Shown here in pieces: positions 12,242 to 24,900 of a DNA stretch of 64,000 nucleotides. How positions within the stretch are numbered: the stretch's first letter is position 1; the number at the start of each line of letters is the position of its first letter. The position numbers and the translations under genes are program-made. The notes under the pieces are model-generated. The model was not told the DNA's origin. It did not search any database and saw only the letters and a program-made list of their open reading frames with translations. This stretch comes from Lingula anatina (Eukaryota; Animalia; Brachiopoda), in the NCBI GenBank assembly GCA_051362555.1, contig CM120641.1, forward strand, positions 18,042,001 to 18,106,000, written 5' to 3'.

Positions 12242-15200
12242 TACACACCTGCTGCTTCTCTGGCTGGCACTGAATGTCTTGCTTGCTGGCTTGAACTTTG
12301 TCAGTGGCTCGTTCAATGCAGTGCTGAGGAACATCATCCTTTCTTGAATCAATTCTCTTAGCTTTTTCACCCACTGCTGTTTGGTTTCTAATGAGCTGGC
12401 CTGATAGGTGGAAAACAACACCCTCAAAGATTTTCTTTTAAAATATTGGAAGTCTATAAAATACTTGATAACTTATCATCAAGCACTGCTTTCACATAAG
12501 CTGAAGAATCATCAAATGTATCAAGATCAAAATTCAAATACGGAAACCTTAAGGTCTCAATAAGTAAGAGTAAAACTTATAAATCCTAAGTTTTGAGAGG
12601 CAAAAAAAATTGTTAACAACTAAAGATCTATCTTACCTTGAGAACAATTTTGGAGTCTGCCACAGGTACCACACCTGTCCAAAGGGCAAGTTTACACTCA
12701 TCTCCTTCTATGTGCTCTGTGATATTGATCTCACTAGTCTGAAACAGCCCAGAGAGTTAATTCTATTCATAGAAGATGTCCCACAGCAGTTTCTTTTCCT
12801 TCAAATTATTTATCAGCCAGGATCTTCTCAACCAAGAAAAGTTGTGAAGATCCTTTTTTGACAGAATTAATTTGGACTTTGGGACACACAACTGTTTATC
12901 TTACATGCATTTTCAATGACTCTTGGGTTTAGAAGTGGATGAAAACACAATTATATAGGTGATCAATAACCAGTCAAATGGATAAAATGCCATATCAAAA
13001 TTTGATAAGTTAAAGTAGGGACTGAATTGCAGTGGTGTCTGAACTTTACTAACTATTAATTTAAATTAAAAGAAATATTTTAAACGGTTTTTGCACTTGT
13101 TGATACATATAAGACATGGAGCAAAGGTTTTGTTTTTCATTTCTTCTAAATTCACTTCAAACTTTGCAGGGCAAGATGGCAAAAGTTAAGTTGCATACTT
13201 ACCATTAACTTAAATTTAAAGATATACTTGGCTTTTCCGTTGCTATCTTTGTACTCTTTGGCAAATATGAGGCACATATCAAAGAGGAAGATGTGCCTGT
13301 CCCTCCCCTTTTTTATAATCTGTTTGGTGTCCCACACCGTAAATCTGTCTTGGAGAAAACATTCTCCCAACACTTCCAGATCTTCCTGGAAGGAGATATA
13401 GCAAGAGATTGAATGAACACAAAAATAAACATTATACAAATTTAAATTATGATTAATTTTTCAGTTATAGAATATGATATCGAACAGAAGAAAGTCATCA
13501 GCTTTATATCTGTATACCATAAAATGAGATGTTCTTCTGGACAATGGTTATGATGTGGTCATCATGGTCAGTTATCCACTGTGGTCATCATAGTTATCTA
13601 CTGTGGTCATCATAGTCAGTTATCCACTGTGGCAAATTATTTACTGTGGTCACTGTGGTCAGTTATCCATTATGGTCAGTTATTTATCCACTGTGGTCAG
13701 TTATCTCAGTATCAGCCTGAGGAAGGCCATAGACCCAAGATGGCCACAGGCTTGTCAACTTACCCATAGCTTTTTAACTTCTTAAAACAGAGAATTTTTC
13801 ATATTTCTCAATGTACACATATGATGCTGTTAATAACCTGTTATGACTGAGTTAATAATTGTCACTTCAATATTTGAGATTGTCATAAAAAATAACTAAA
13901 AATGCATTGGTCATGACCTCTATTATGACCCTCTAGTCATAATTTTATGCTTAACTGTCAATAATATTAAAAAAAAAAAGAAAACAGAGAAGGAAGAAGA
14001 ACCTCATTTCCAAGAAAATACAGATCAAAGACTTAGACATCCTCTCTTACCTCTATACCTTCCAGCATACTTAAATGCATGGCATCATTGGCTTTCTTTG
14101 GCACACTTAACATCACCTCCAGTCCATCCTGAAATAGCACAAATAGAAATAAATTCCATCTCCAGCCAATAAGGGTCTCTGATGGAATAAGAAAGGTTGA
14201 TTTCAAATGACACTTTCACATCTCCAATGGTAAACTGAAAACCTTTGATTGAGGACTTCTTCATCCAGCTTCTCTGCTGACTTGATAACATCTATGGCTC
14301 CCATGGAAATATTTTAATCTACAAATGATCAGACACAGACTTGTGACTATGGACATTTTGCACTGTGAACAGCATAATCTCACCTTGATTTCTCCTTTCC
14401 CCTCCTCACAGCATGAAATGAGATCTTTGAGTAGCAGCTGATATTTGGTGATCCTCTGTACAGGTTTGATCAGGTAGGAAGCTATTGGACCATTGATGTT
14501 GTATTTCTGCTGGGTTTTCTGGAGGAGAAAATTTTTTACATAAAGAAACAGCTTTAAGGTAAGCAAGGCCATTTTTCTGGCTCCTGACGTAAAAGAAAGA
14601 GAACCCCTTTTTTCTTCTTTTAAAATAGATTAATAGATAAATAATGTACTTTAAAATAGAAATATATAAAGTTTGATTCAATGTTTTCATGATCATTTTC
14701 ATTTTATCACCTTTTATCTTTCCATTACAGACATTCAATTATAACATCTCATAGAATATCTGTAGTAGGATAGATGCAGTTTCATAAAAATGTCTATTTC
14801 TCACATATATTAATAAAATAAAATAAACAGCATTGTTTAATATTGCTTATATGCACATTTAATATACAATATGTGGAAACATGCTTAAGACAAATAATAC
14901 TATACCTCAAAAAAGTTTCCAGCATGTTGTACTATGAAGTTGTTAGATTCTGGTTTGTTCTTGCAATAAGTCACATATATATTAAACTTTTCAGCCTGAA
15001 ATAGAATATATTTTGTAATGTTAAATCACAAAACTGACATTTTTTTAATGATGGATGGAAATTTACATATGAGGACATTGCTTTCAAAGCCTTTTAAAGT
15101 TTAAAATACACAAATTAAGTTTCATCAAAAGAATTATTGATTCAAAAAATGATTGCATTATTCTAGAAAAAAATTACTTTTGACTAACAATATTTCTGAG

Positions 15201-15856
15201 TTGGTCTTACCCAGGTGACAAAACAGTGCCCCACATCTTCTGGAAGTGTCTCATATTTTTCTAACTCCTTAAGGAAGATACTGGAGCATAGGAATGAAAT
15301 TTCAAAATAATCATTAAAAATTCTTAAAGGATATGACAAAATTGATATCATAAAAGGGTAAAATTTTGCTACAGGTATTTTTTAATCATTTTTCCATCTA
15401 AATCTACATTCAATTCTAAAGCATATAATAACAACCTTTTTATTCATAAAAGAAACAGAGTTTAAGCTAAGAGTCATGTCCATTAAGATAAAGATAATAC
15501 TTTCCACCTCTATCTTCATTCACTCACCTGTTATGGAATTCATATATTTCTCCAATGTTCCCAAATATAATATTATGCTTGCCCCGTATGGCTGTAGGAA
15601 TGTTTGTGTTATTTGGATCCAGCATCTCTGCTAAATATTGTTTGACGCATGTTTCCAAGTCTTTAACATATGCCCTTTCTGTTTGGAGAAGTTCAGCCAT
15701 TATGAACCTGCAAAAGAGCAGAGACAGGAAAATGCATAAAATAGCTTATGATAATCATCAAATCTGAAAAAAATAGATTTTTGAAAATCAACATACTTGT
15801 TTTTAAAGAAAGTAACACAATAAATCCCTGAATAAAGACCTAAATCAATCAATCAA

Positions 15857-15915
<59 letters not shown>

Positions 15916-18900
15916 AAAGGACAACATACTCCCTTCTTCTGGCTGACTTTCTTTTCTCTTCATTTAATTCTTTGGCTGTTTGCTGAAGCTTTTCTTCAAG
16001 ATTTGGGTCACTCTGCCTGTTTTCATTTTCACACTAAAATTTAGAAATAACACAAACTTAAATAAGTATATTAAAGGGGTTTGTCTGTAAATGAAAAAGA
16101 ATAAAACAAAATTAAAATATTTTTGCTGAAATATTCAACAAAATTATTTTCTCATTGCTATTTTCAGGATACAAGTCAGCATATTATGAAATCAATTCTC
16201 TTACCAAATGAACAAGAGAAAAAAAATTAATCACTTTTAGCAAAATGAAAGGTTACAATCCAAATGGGAGCTATAATTGATCACACATACCTCTGGAGAA
16301 TGTACTCCCAGGGTGGTCTCCAGTTTAACTCTGTACTTCTCCATCCTGGAGGCAAAGTCCTTGTATCTGCTGTCCACTGTGGCCACCCATGTCTTGATGC
16401 TGCCTGCGTGGGCGTGGCCCTTCTCCACCAGGCTGTCTGCCAGCTGGAGTAACAGTTTCACTTTTTCTCTAGTCTCCTGTAAACAAACAAACAAAAAAAT
16501 ATTAGATATTTGTTTTCTGTAAATCTGGTTCAAAATCCAAGCATTTTGCATGATTATGCTACATTGGCTAAATGTGCAATGATCATTATAATTTAATTTT
16601 TATTTCTGTTTTAATTGAAATGAAGGCAAATGTTTCTGTCAGTATTTTTTCATATAATAAAAATATATGTAGAGAGAATCCATAGCTGCCCTGATAAAAC
16701 TGGACACAGAAATGTGTATTGTGATATTGCACACAATGACAACACAACCTGTCACAATCCCCACACTGCTTGTTCTCTCACAACTAACACAATGGCAGCT
16801 ACATATATGCCAGACTTACCTTAGCTGTGGCTTTGAACTCATTATGCTCTTTGAGCAGGGTCTCTGTCTCTTCCAAGTTTTCTCCCACATTTGTGTGAGT
16901 AGAGAGATAGAACTCACCAGTGTCATGGATCCATTCAAGTGCCTAAGACAGACAAATAATATTTTACAGGATATCTACAGATTCAAATTGTGTACTGATG
17001 TTATATTGTGCCATGAGTCCTATATATATAAAACAGGGATAATGCCATTCCTTGCACAATTTTATTTATTATTTTTTTATAGGTATGTCCATTCACTAAC
17101 CTGTTATGGAATTCATATATTTCTCCAAGGTACCCAAAAATAATATAATATTTGTAGGAATGGCTGTAGGAATATTTGTCTTACTTGGATACAGCATATC
17201 TGCTAAATATGATATCATAAATGAATAAATATAATAAATGTAATATTTGACATTATTTCTCACAGTTACTGAAATCTAGCTACTCACTTGTTTAGCACTG
17301 CTTTCAAAAAGTACAAACTGTTGGCACTGGTCAAGTCTCTTCTTGCGTAATGTCCAGAACTCGAGCACCATATTTTCATGTTGAAGGAGCTGCTCCAACG
17401 TGGCTGAAAAAAAATTAGGAACACATGTTTTTCAGTACAATTATTTTCATTACGTAAATAAAGACACAAATATTACATACCATATCTTCAGCATCCGAGA
17501 ACAGCACGTGTAAAGGGAACATGTTTAGTAGACAGGCCCGTGGCCGGGGAGGGGAGGGAAGGGGAGGGTCTAGGGGTTCTAAGGGTGTCCTTTTGGCTAG
17601 GAAAAAAGATCCATTTTTCAGAAAAAAATACCCCCCCCCCCCCTTCTTTGAAATTGCTGGCTACGGGCCATGCAAATGTTCTAAAAATATATTTATTTTA
17701 TTTTTATTTATCTAATTATTATTATTTATTTATTTATTATTATTATTTTGTAAACTGTTCACTCCTCTTTTCAAGATCAGATATATCCAAGGGGAAATAA
17801 AAGAATCAATTTCTAGCAGCTAATCATGTCAAATCTAGGGCCTACAATGTGAGAATACATCCATACTTATAACTTTAACGCATTCAAGTTTTTAAAAACA
17901 TTTCTCTTTTTCTCTCTCTCTCTCTCTCTTTTCTCTCCTTCCTTGTGTATATTTACACAAATTCTTACCTTTGACTTGTTGCTCTGGACTGGCAGATTTC
18001 ATCTGCATGCCCAGTTGGTGAACATTCCTGTGTACATACTTCAGGAAGGTCTCGGCAGTTCTTCTGGCAAGAGTACAGGCCTGGAGAAAGAAAAAAAAAT
18101 CATTTGAAATGGAATGAAACAAGTGTCCAACAGTGATATTTATTTATTTATTTATCCCTGTAGGGCAGTCAGGAACTCATTCAGGTTGCCAATTTTTGAA
18201 ATACTTCATGAAATATTTTCTGGGATAATTCACATTTTTATGGAAGTGTGGATTTTTATGGAAGTGTGGAACCAGACTGAAAACAGTATAATCAAATCAA
18301 TCTTTCAAAAATTTCCTGTTATCAAGTTCCAGTAATTCGGTTAAAAACATCAACTTCCTGTAGATGTTTCAGTCAAGCAGCAGCAGCAGCATTTCGCCAA
18401 GTGTTAAGCTATAACAACATAATTAGACTTCAGCTTACCATGAGAAATGCATCCTTTTTAGTCAAATGCCTAATCAACATAATTACACTTTTCAGCCTAC
18501 CTTGAGAAATGCCTCTTTTTGTTCTAAGTGTTTGTTAATTAACTGCACCAGGTATGCCCCCTTCTCTGCCTGGTCTGCCTTGTCTGTGCTACACCAGTCT
18601 TCATCTCTCCTATATTCACGCTCCAGGCTCTCCAATACTGAACACACCTTAGGAAAGGAAGAACACAGAAAATGAGAAGATGTGTCCACATGTATACTCA
18701 CACATTGACAGTTGTTCCTGCAACTTTTACTCCCATTCAGGACTATCTGGCTCCCAGCATACCTGAAATAATAGCACAGATAATAGTAAGCAGACTGTGA
18801 GAACATGTGTATGCTTTCCAACACAGACACACTGCCTGGATGATCTGCCTTGTCTGTTACACAAGACCACAACACATCTGAACTTGTGTTCTGATCTCTT

Positions 18901-21900
18901 TAATAGTGAGCATACATGCTGGAATCAAAGTAAAGAATGAGATCTATAGACCTAGATGTGTATAATGTACTGTGGGCACATGCATGCACATGAACACATG
19001 TGTATGTATGTCTGTGCATGTGCAAACGCACACATGAGGATCAAGGCAAAAACCTACCCTTGTCTTCTCCAGCACAGCTGATGACCATGTTTCTCCTAAC
19101 ACTTGTGTTACTTGTGTAAGTACAATATAATGTCAACAATACACCTGGAGGCCACAATGGACTTGATCACTATCTAGTGTGGAAAAGGGTGACCTATCTC
19201 TGGACAGATCTCACTGAAACCATTCTAGATATTATCTGAGGTTAATTTGACCACATTTTCCTATCTTTTGATAATGCCAGATAAACTTAAAACCATAAGG
19301 AGTTCCAACAGGGACAGTTTTCATCACAATGACATCAAAAACTTTTTAAGTGGTGATCAGTAAATTAGCTGAAAACTATACACAAGTCTCTTAGATTCTT
19401 AGTTATATGCATAAATTTAAAACAATAGAACATACCCTTCATGACCAACCCTTGCACTTACATATTATTAGAACCATTTTTACTTCATCCCTGTACTTAG
19501 CTGAGAAGCTGGTCTGTATCCTGGATCTCTTCAAACATCTTTGTTTTAAACAATATAGGATTAATTTTATAATCACACCTGCTTGATATGGATACTAAGA
19601 TCCAGTGAACAGGCAGACATGTCTCCATCTGATACCAAAATGGAGCTAGATTTTGCCAAAAAAAATTTTTTTTTAATTTCATCTTAGTTGAAACTCAAAA
19701 TGGAAAAAAAATCTCACCTGTTCTGCAGTTTTGTACCAGTTCATGGAGGCCATCACCAGTTTGTGCCTCTCTTCTGCATGGTACATGAGTTGCTGCCATT
19801 TTGAGGTGACATTCTCAGCAATGGAGCGGACCAGCTCGCTGTTGTAATGGTGGCTTTCCAGCATCTGCTCCGCACGCTGTGTCACCTGCAGGGCACTTAC
19901 GTGGGTTTTCTGCAAGAACGATATGTTCTCATGAAATGAATCCAAAAGTGTGAAATCATAAACAGCATGTGTGTGAACGTGCGTGCGTACATGTGTGTGG
20001 GGACACATGAAACCTGCCTACATAAAGAGAAAGATTTCAACTAAAAGTCCACATCCACTTTTCTATAAGTAGACTGTGTAATAGTATGTATTTCACAAAA
20101 ATACACACTTTATGTCCCACTTTATGAAAAAAAAACTTTTTTAAGTGATTATAAATTAAATTCATTGTACCATACAACATCTTGTCAAAAATGGGCCATT
20201 TACATGGTTTTATTACAAGGAAAAGATTTTACACTGTACTATATTTCACATAAATACAAAAATATCATCAAATATCAGAGGGTGTCTAGCAAAACTTCCA
20301 AGATCCCCTGGATGTTATCCTTAATAAGCAAGATATAGAATAGATACAATGTCATTTCTATATCAGTGCAAATAAATTATTTGTCAAAATTTTGATCCTG
20401 ATACAGCATCTTCTATTTTTAATATAAAATCATGACATCAGTGTTTTGAAATGTTTGTAAAATATTGCCATCTGCATGCAATCTAAATCACCAACTTAAA
20501 AAAAAAAAAACTAGGTGAGCTCCATGTAAACGATATTCAAGAAAGATACACCATGTCAATAGCTTGGTGGAATAAACAATTTTCAATTTAAGAACTGTCA
20601 AACAGAACACTGCTTTCAGAAAAGGAATGCCTAAACACTGAAATTAAAGCCATCATTGTTTAACAAAAAACAGAAATGGAATAGGAAAAAAAATGAAAAG
20701 TAAACAAAAAGCCCAACTTTCCAGACATAGGAAAGCAGGGGTAAGAATTTGCAAAAGGTATACTTGAATAATCACTGTTTTAAACTTGAATATCTAATCT
20801 TGCTGATAATTCTACAGGCTACCAAGAAAACAGATGAACTTCCCAGCAATTTCAACATTAAATATCAGTAAATTTTCTTTTCTTAGAAAAATGCCATATT
20901 TAATGTTAAAAAACTATGTATTTATCCCAAGGTCAGTGTGTTACCTCGATAGCAACTTGGAACTGTTCATGTTCCTTCTTCAGTTGCTCAGCCTCATGCA
21001 GTGCTGTAGGACACATAAAGCTGGCAGTAAGCATGGATTCTCCATTGCGAATCCAGGTGATAACCTAAAAGATAAAAAAAGGAAACATATTTCAAAAGCA
21101 AACTATCAAAGTTAAGGATGTATTCCAAAAAACCCAGAAGATGGATTCTTATATGTAGAGAGAGTATATCCTTTCAAGAAAACAAGGAAGTTTTATTAAA
21201 TGCATATTTATCATTATGCATAAATTTCTTGGCAATTTGGCAAAAGAATACAGACAGAAAGTTCCAGAAAGAACTTTTGACCTTTTACTTTTCTCTGTTC
21301 ATGTCTTGATTTATCAAATCTTCATTATAACACATCCTTTTTCAAAATGCATACAGTACATATAGCATAAATTTAATAAAATGAGTATGTGTCATCAACA
21401 AAGAAGAATAATGTCTGCAATATATGCCAAGGCGTAAGCCACTAATGTTATTTTGGTTGTCAACTAGATCTAAACAATTTACTGATTCTTGACGTAATTT
21501 AAGTGATGTTTACCAATCTAGATTCAAAAATGTGAAGTCCACAAACATAAACCTTTCATTTTTATTTTAACATTATAACATAACATGCTTATACTACATA
21601 TTATGATGACATTACATGAACAGTACTTCAAACCAACTTGTTTATGGGTATAGTTAACTGACTCCAAATAACATTCACCTAATAGTTTGTTGTTTTTTTT
21701 TAAGAATGGGAATGAGTGACTTATAAAACCAGGGACACAGAAATCTTTTTATCTCAAAACTTACCACAATATAAATGTATACTACACTATACTATACACT
21801 TACCGTTTATTAAGCAACATATTTATGGTAACTTTATCTCCAATTCTCAAGCTTACTTTTCCATCTGAGGTCCAAAAATAAAATATATGTAAAATGACAT

Positions 21901-24900
21901 CTAAATACAAGATAATATAATATCAAAATCTTACAGACAGGGCTCTGAATGTTTTTGTGGATCCTATTACTAGAAAATAAAATAACAGTAAAGCATATTC
22001 AAATCTTCTCTGAAGAAAAGTTATTGTTTGGTATGCCTGTTTCTCTGACTATTATTAACCAGGCATTTGCTGAATTTAACAAACCTCATTATAAAATGAA
22101 TTACACAATCTTTTCAAATGGATAAAATTTCCAGTAAGATTGACAAACAATAGTCATAGATATGTAAAAAGGTCTTAAAATTTTCAGATCTAGATAGCTA
22201 TCTCTTAGCAACTGTAAACAAATGCCCAAGTCCTAGGTGTAAAATGGTCTTGATGTCAAGCTAATCCCAAATTACACAAAAAAATCTTGTAAATCAATCC
22301 ACTAGATAAAAAGCAACAATGCCATCTGAATATCCTATGTAAGGTAATACCTTTCTTTAAATTTCTTTGGGGGAACTTATTCGGGAAATAGAATATCATG
22401 TCTAATTGAAATATAACTTTGCTTTGTTATATATATTTATATATACATACTGCACTCGAGATAGGAATATTAATATAATCCACTGTCTTATACATACGGA
22501 TACATGCACATTAACAATGGTTGAAATGCATTTCCCTTAGTACATTTTTTGATTAATTGGCTAGCTTGATAGTCAGATGCTTTTTCAACATGACTTGCAT
22601 GTCCCAATGTCTGAATCTCAACCAGGGTTTATCAAGTTCATTATTTTGGTGAACTGAGACAAAATATTAGCACTGAATGTCTTAAATAAGGAAACAAGTT
22701 GGAAAAAAAATTCCCTGTAATGAGTAAATGTTTCATTCATCAAAACTCATCTACTTCCCTAACTTATGAGCTTTAGAAATTCTGCTAAAGGTTAATCAAC
22801 TATGGAGAGCAGTCTTATCGTCTTAAATGGCTGCTTGTGATAATACACAAAATGGGGAAAATATAAAAGGTGAGTTGATCTAGGTGTGGTGAGGGAGGTA
22901 ATGAGTCGTGAAAATCTAATGTATGGGGATATTACCTGTGGGGCTGTAAAATAAACATCTCATAATATCTTCAAGCGGGTTCACATCCAGATTAACTTAG
23001 ACCAGAAATTAATGAACTGATATAACCAGACAGCCAAATTGTATAAGTGGTGTTTAAAGGTGAAAGGTGTGATACATCTCCTTATGTAATCTTGTTGCGT
23101 GGTGATGTCAATTAGTTTATTCTCTATCTAAGTTGAACCTGATGTGAACTGACATACAGACTGGCTCAGTGCAGGTAAAGTGGCCTTGTCATATTTTTTT
23201 TCTCCCTGATACTTAAAGTGAACAGGCATATTCTTGTCTGGTCGATTCTAGTTAGGTGATTTATCAGAGCCAGAATGAACATGACTGGGGTATTTCTACT
23301 TCTCTCAGTATGTTCCTAGCCCTAACTAAAACAAACATATCCACACCTATTGGGAATGATAGCCATGTCAGCTATAGCTTCAGGTAGCCAATGTGCAGGT
23401 ATATAGTTAAGTGAATACTGCCAAAGGCTAAAACATTTTGATTTGGCTGTTGATAAAAAATGATAATAATAAGCTGTTTTTTAAATTTAATGCATTTCTG
23501 CTGTTAGTCGAGCTCAAATAATTATTTGGGCTACAAATTTTATCCCAATTAACTTCATAATCTTGACATTCTCTCTTCAGTACACAGGTAAACCTTAATG
23601 TGTATATATAATATATACATATACCTGGTAACCTATACTCTATTTACTGCCACATTCCTAACCACAAGAAAAGCACACACTTTTAGACTACTACCAAATG
23701 CCTCCCATTCCACGACAATTGAATTCCCATGTAGTTTTCCTAATGAATCTTCCCAAGTTGTACTACGTGATATTTCAACACAAATGTTATATGTTTTACA
23801 GCAGTTGATGTTGGTCTTTTGACCAAACTATTTTGCCCATGGGAATATTACATATATTATGTATATACCATTAATTGCCCCTAGGTTGTATATGCAGAAT
23901 ATTGAGGTTATGGAGTTTATAATGACAAACTTACTACAATATATTCTAAAACTTTATACATATTTTTTCCACCACCTCCCTCCATCCCTGTCTCCCCTTC
24001 ACAGAAACATTCACTTTACAGTAATGACTCGATCTTTTCAATGGGCAAAAATTATCAAACTTTCAGATACATCTTTTTTAAATCATAAATATTATAGCTT
24101 TGTATACCATTTGCGGTGCTTTTAATGCATAGAACAGAACTATAAGGTAGTCTGCTTTTTAATTTTGTTGCAACCACTCAATAGGAATGCTTTCATTTTA
24201 AGAAATTATGACTTAAAAAATACAGTATCTGTAAAATTCAAAATTTTCCCCCATTGAAAAGATTGAGTCTTTACCATATATCCAGGACCAAAGTGAAAAG
24301 TGCCTATAGACAGAATCACAGTACTGGCAAACCATAACAATATAATGATAATCCCAATACCTTTATCAACACAAACACCAAGTGTCCTGGGTCCAGTAGG
24401 ATAAAGATGATCACTATTATCGTGCTGATGTCGTAATATCCTGGAGAGTCGGGTGCCATGTTGCTCGTGGTCAGCATGACTAGCGTGGTCAGCTCCAATG
24501 GGCAGAGCACATCGCTCTTTCCTAGTCCTTCATAAGATAACCAGAGGGCTGCATCAGCTAGAGGCAACAGCAAAGGGAAGATAGGTCCTGTATCTTTAAG
24601 TGATAGCAAGTACCACTCTTTAGTCAGACTTTCTCTTATGGCTCATAAGATAAACAGACAGCCAAAACAATGGTCAAAATAACATCCTATATTGATATCT
24701 CCGACGTCTCTCCATGATAATGGACATCTAGATATATTTCCTAATTCTCCTGACCAGTTGGGTTACTGTAACTGCTGCTGTGCAATATTCAGAAATACTG
24801 TACGTGTGGTTCATACACACCCTCAACCTGCATATATTAACATCACTCTTCAAGCTCCAATACTTCTGTTCAGCATCTACCACTGTGGTATATTTTAACC

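Noticed and set aside
12173-12361. ERERER/SLSLSL ORFs (also near 5715 and 17892)
   Set aside because: Translations of AG/CT microsatellites.
14243-14292. Protein-like frame [16 protein letters not shown] in a DH1 intron
   Set aside because: Poor splice signals, and the flanking exons already join seamlessly (EIK|DGLEV).
22936-22943. ttttacag|CCCCACAG|gtaata microexon-like pattern
   Set aside because: 8 nt would frameshift; no other support.
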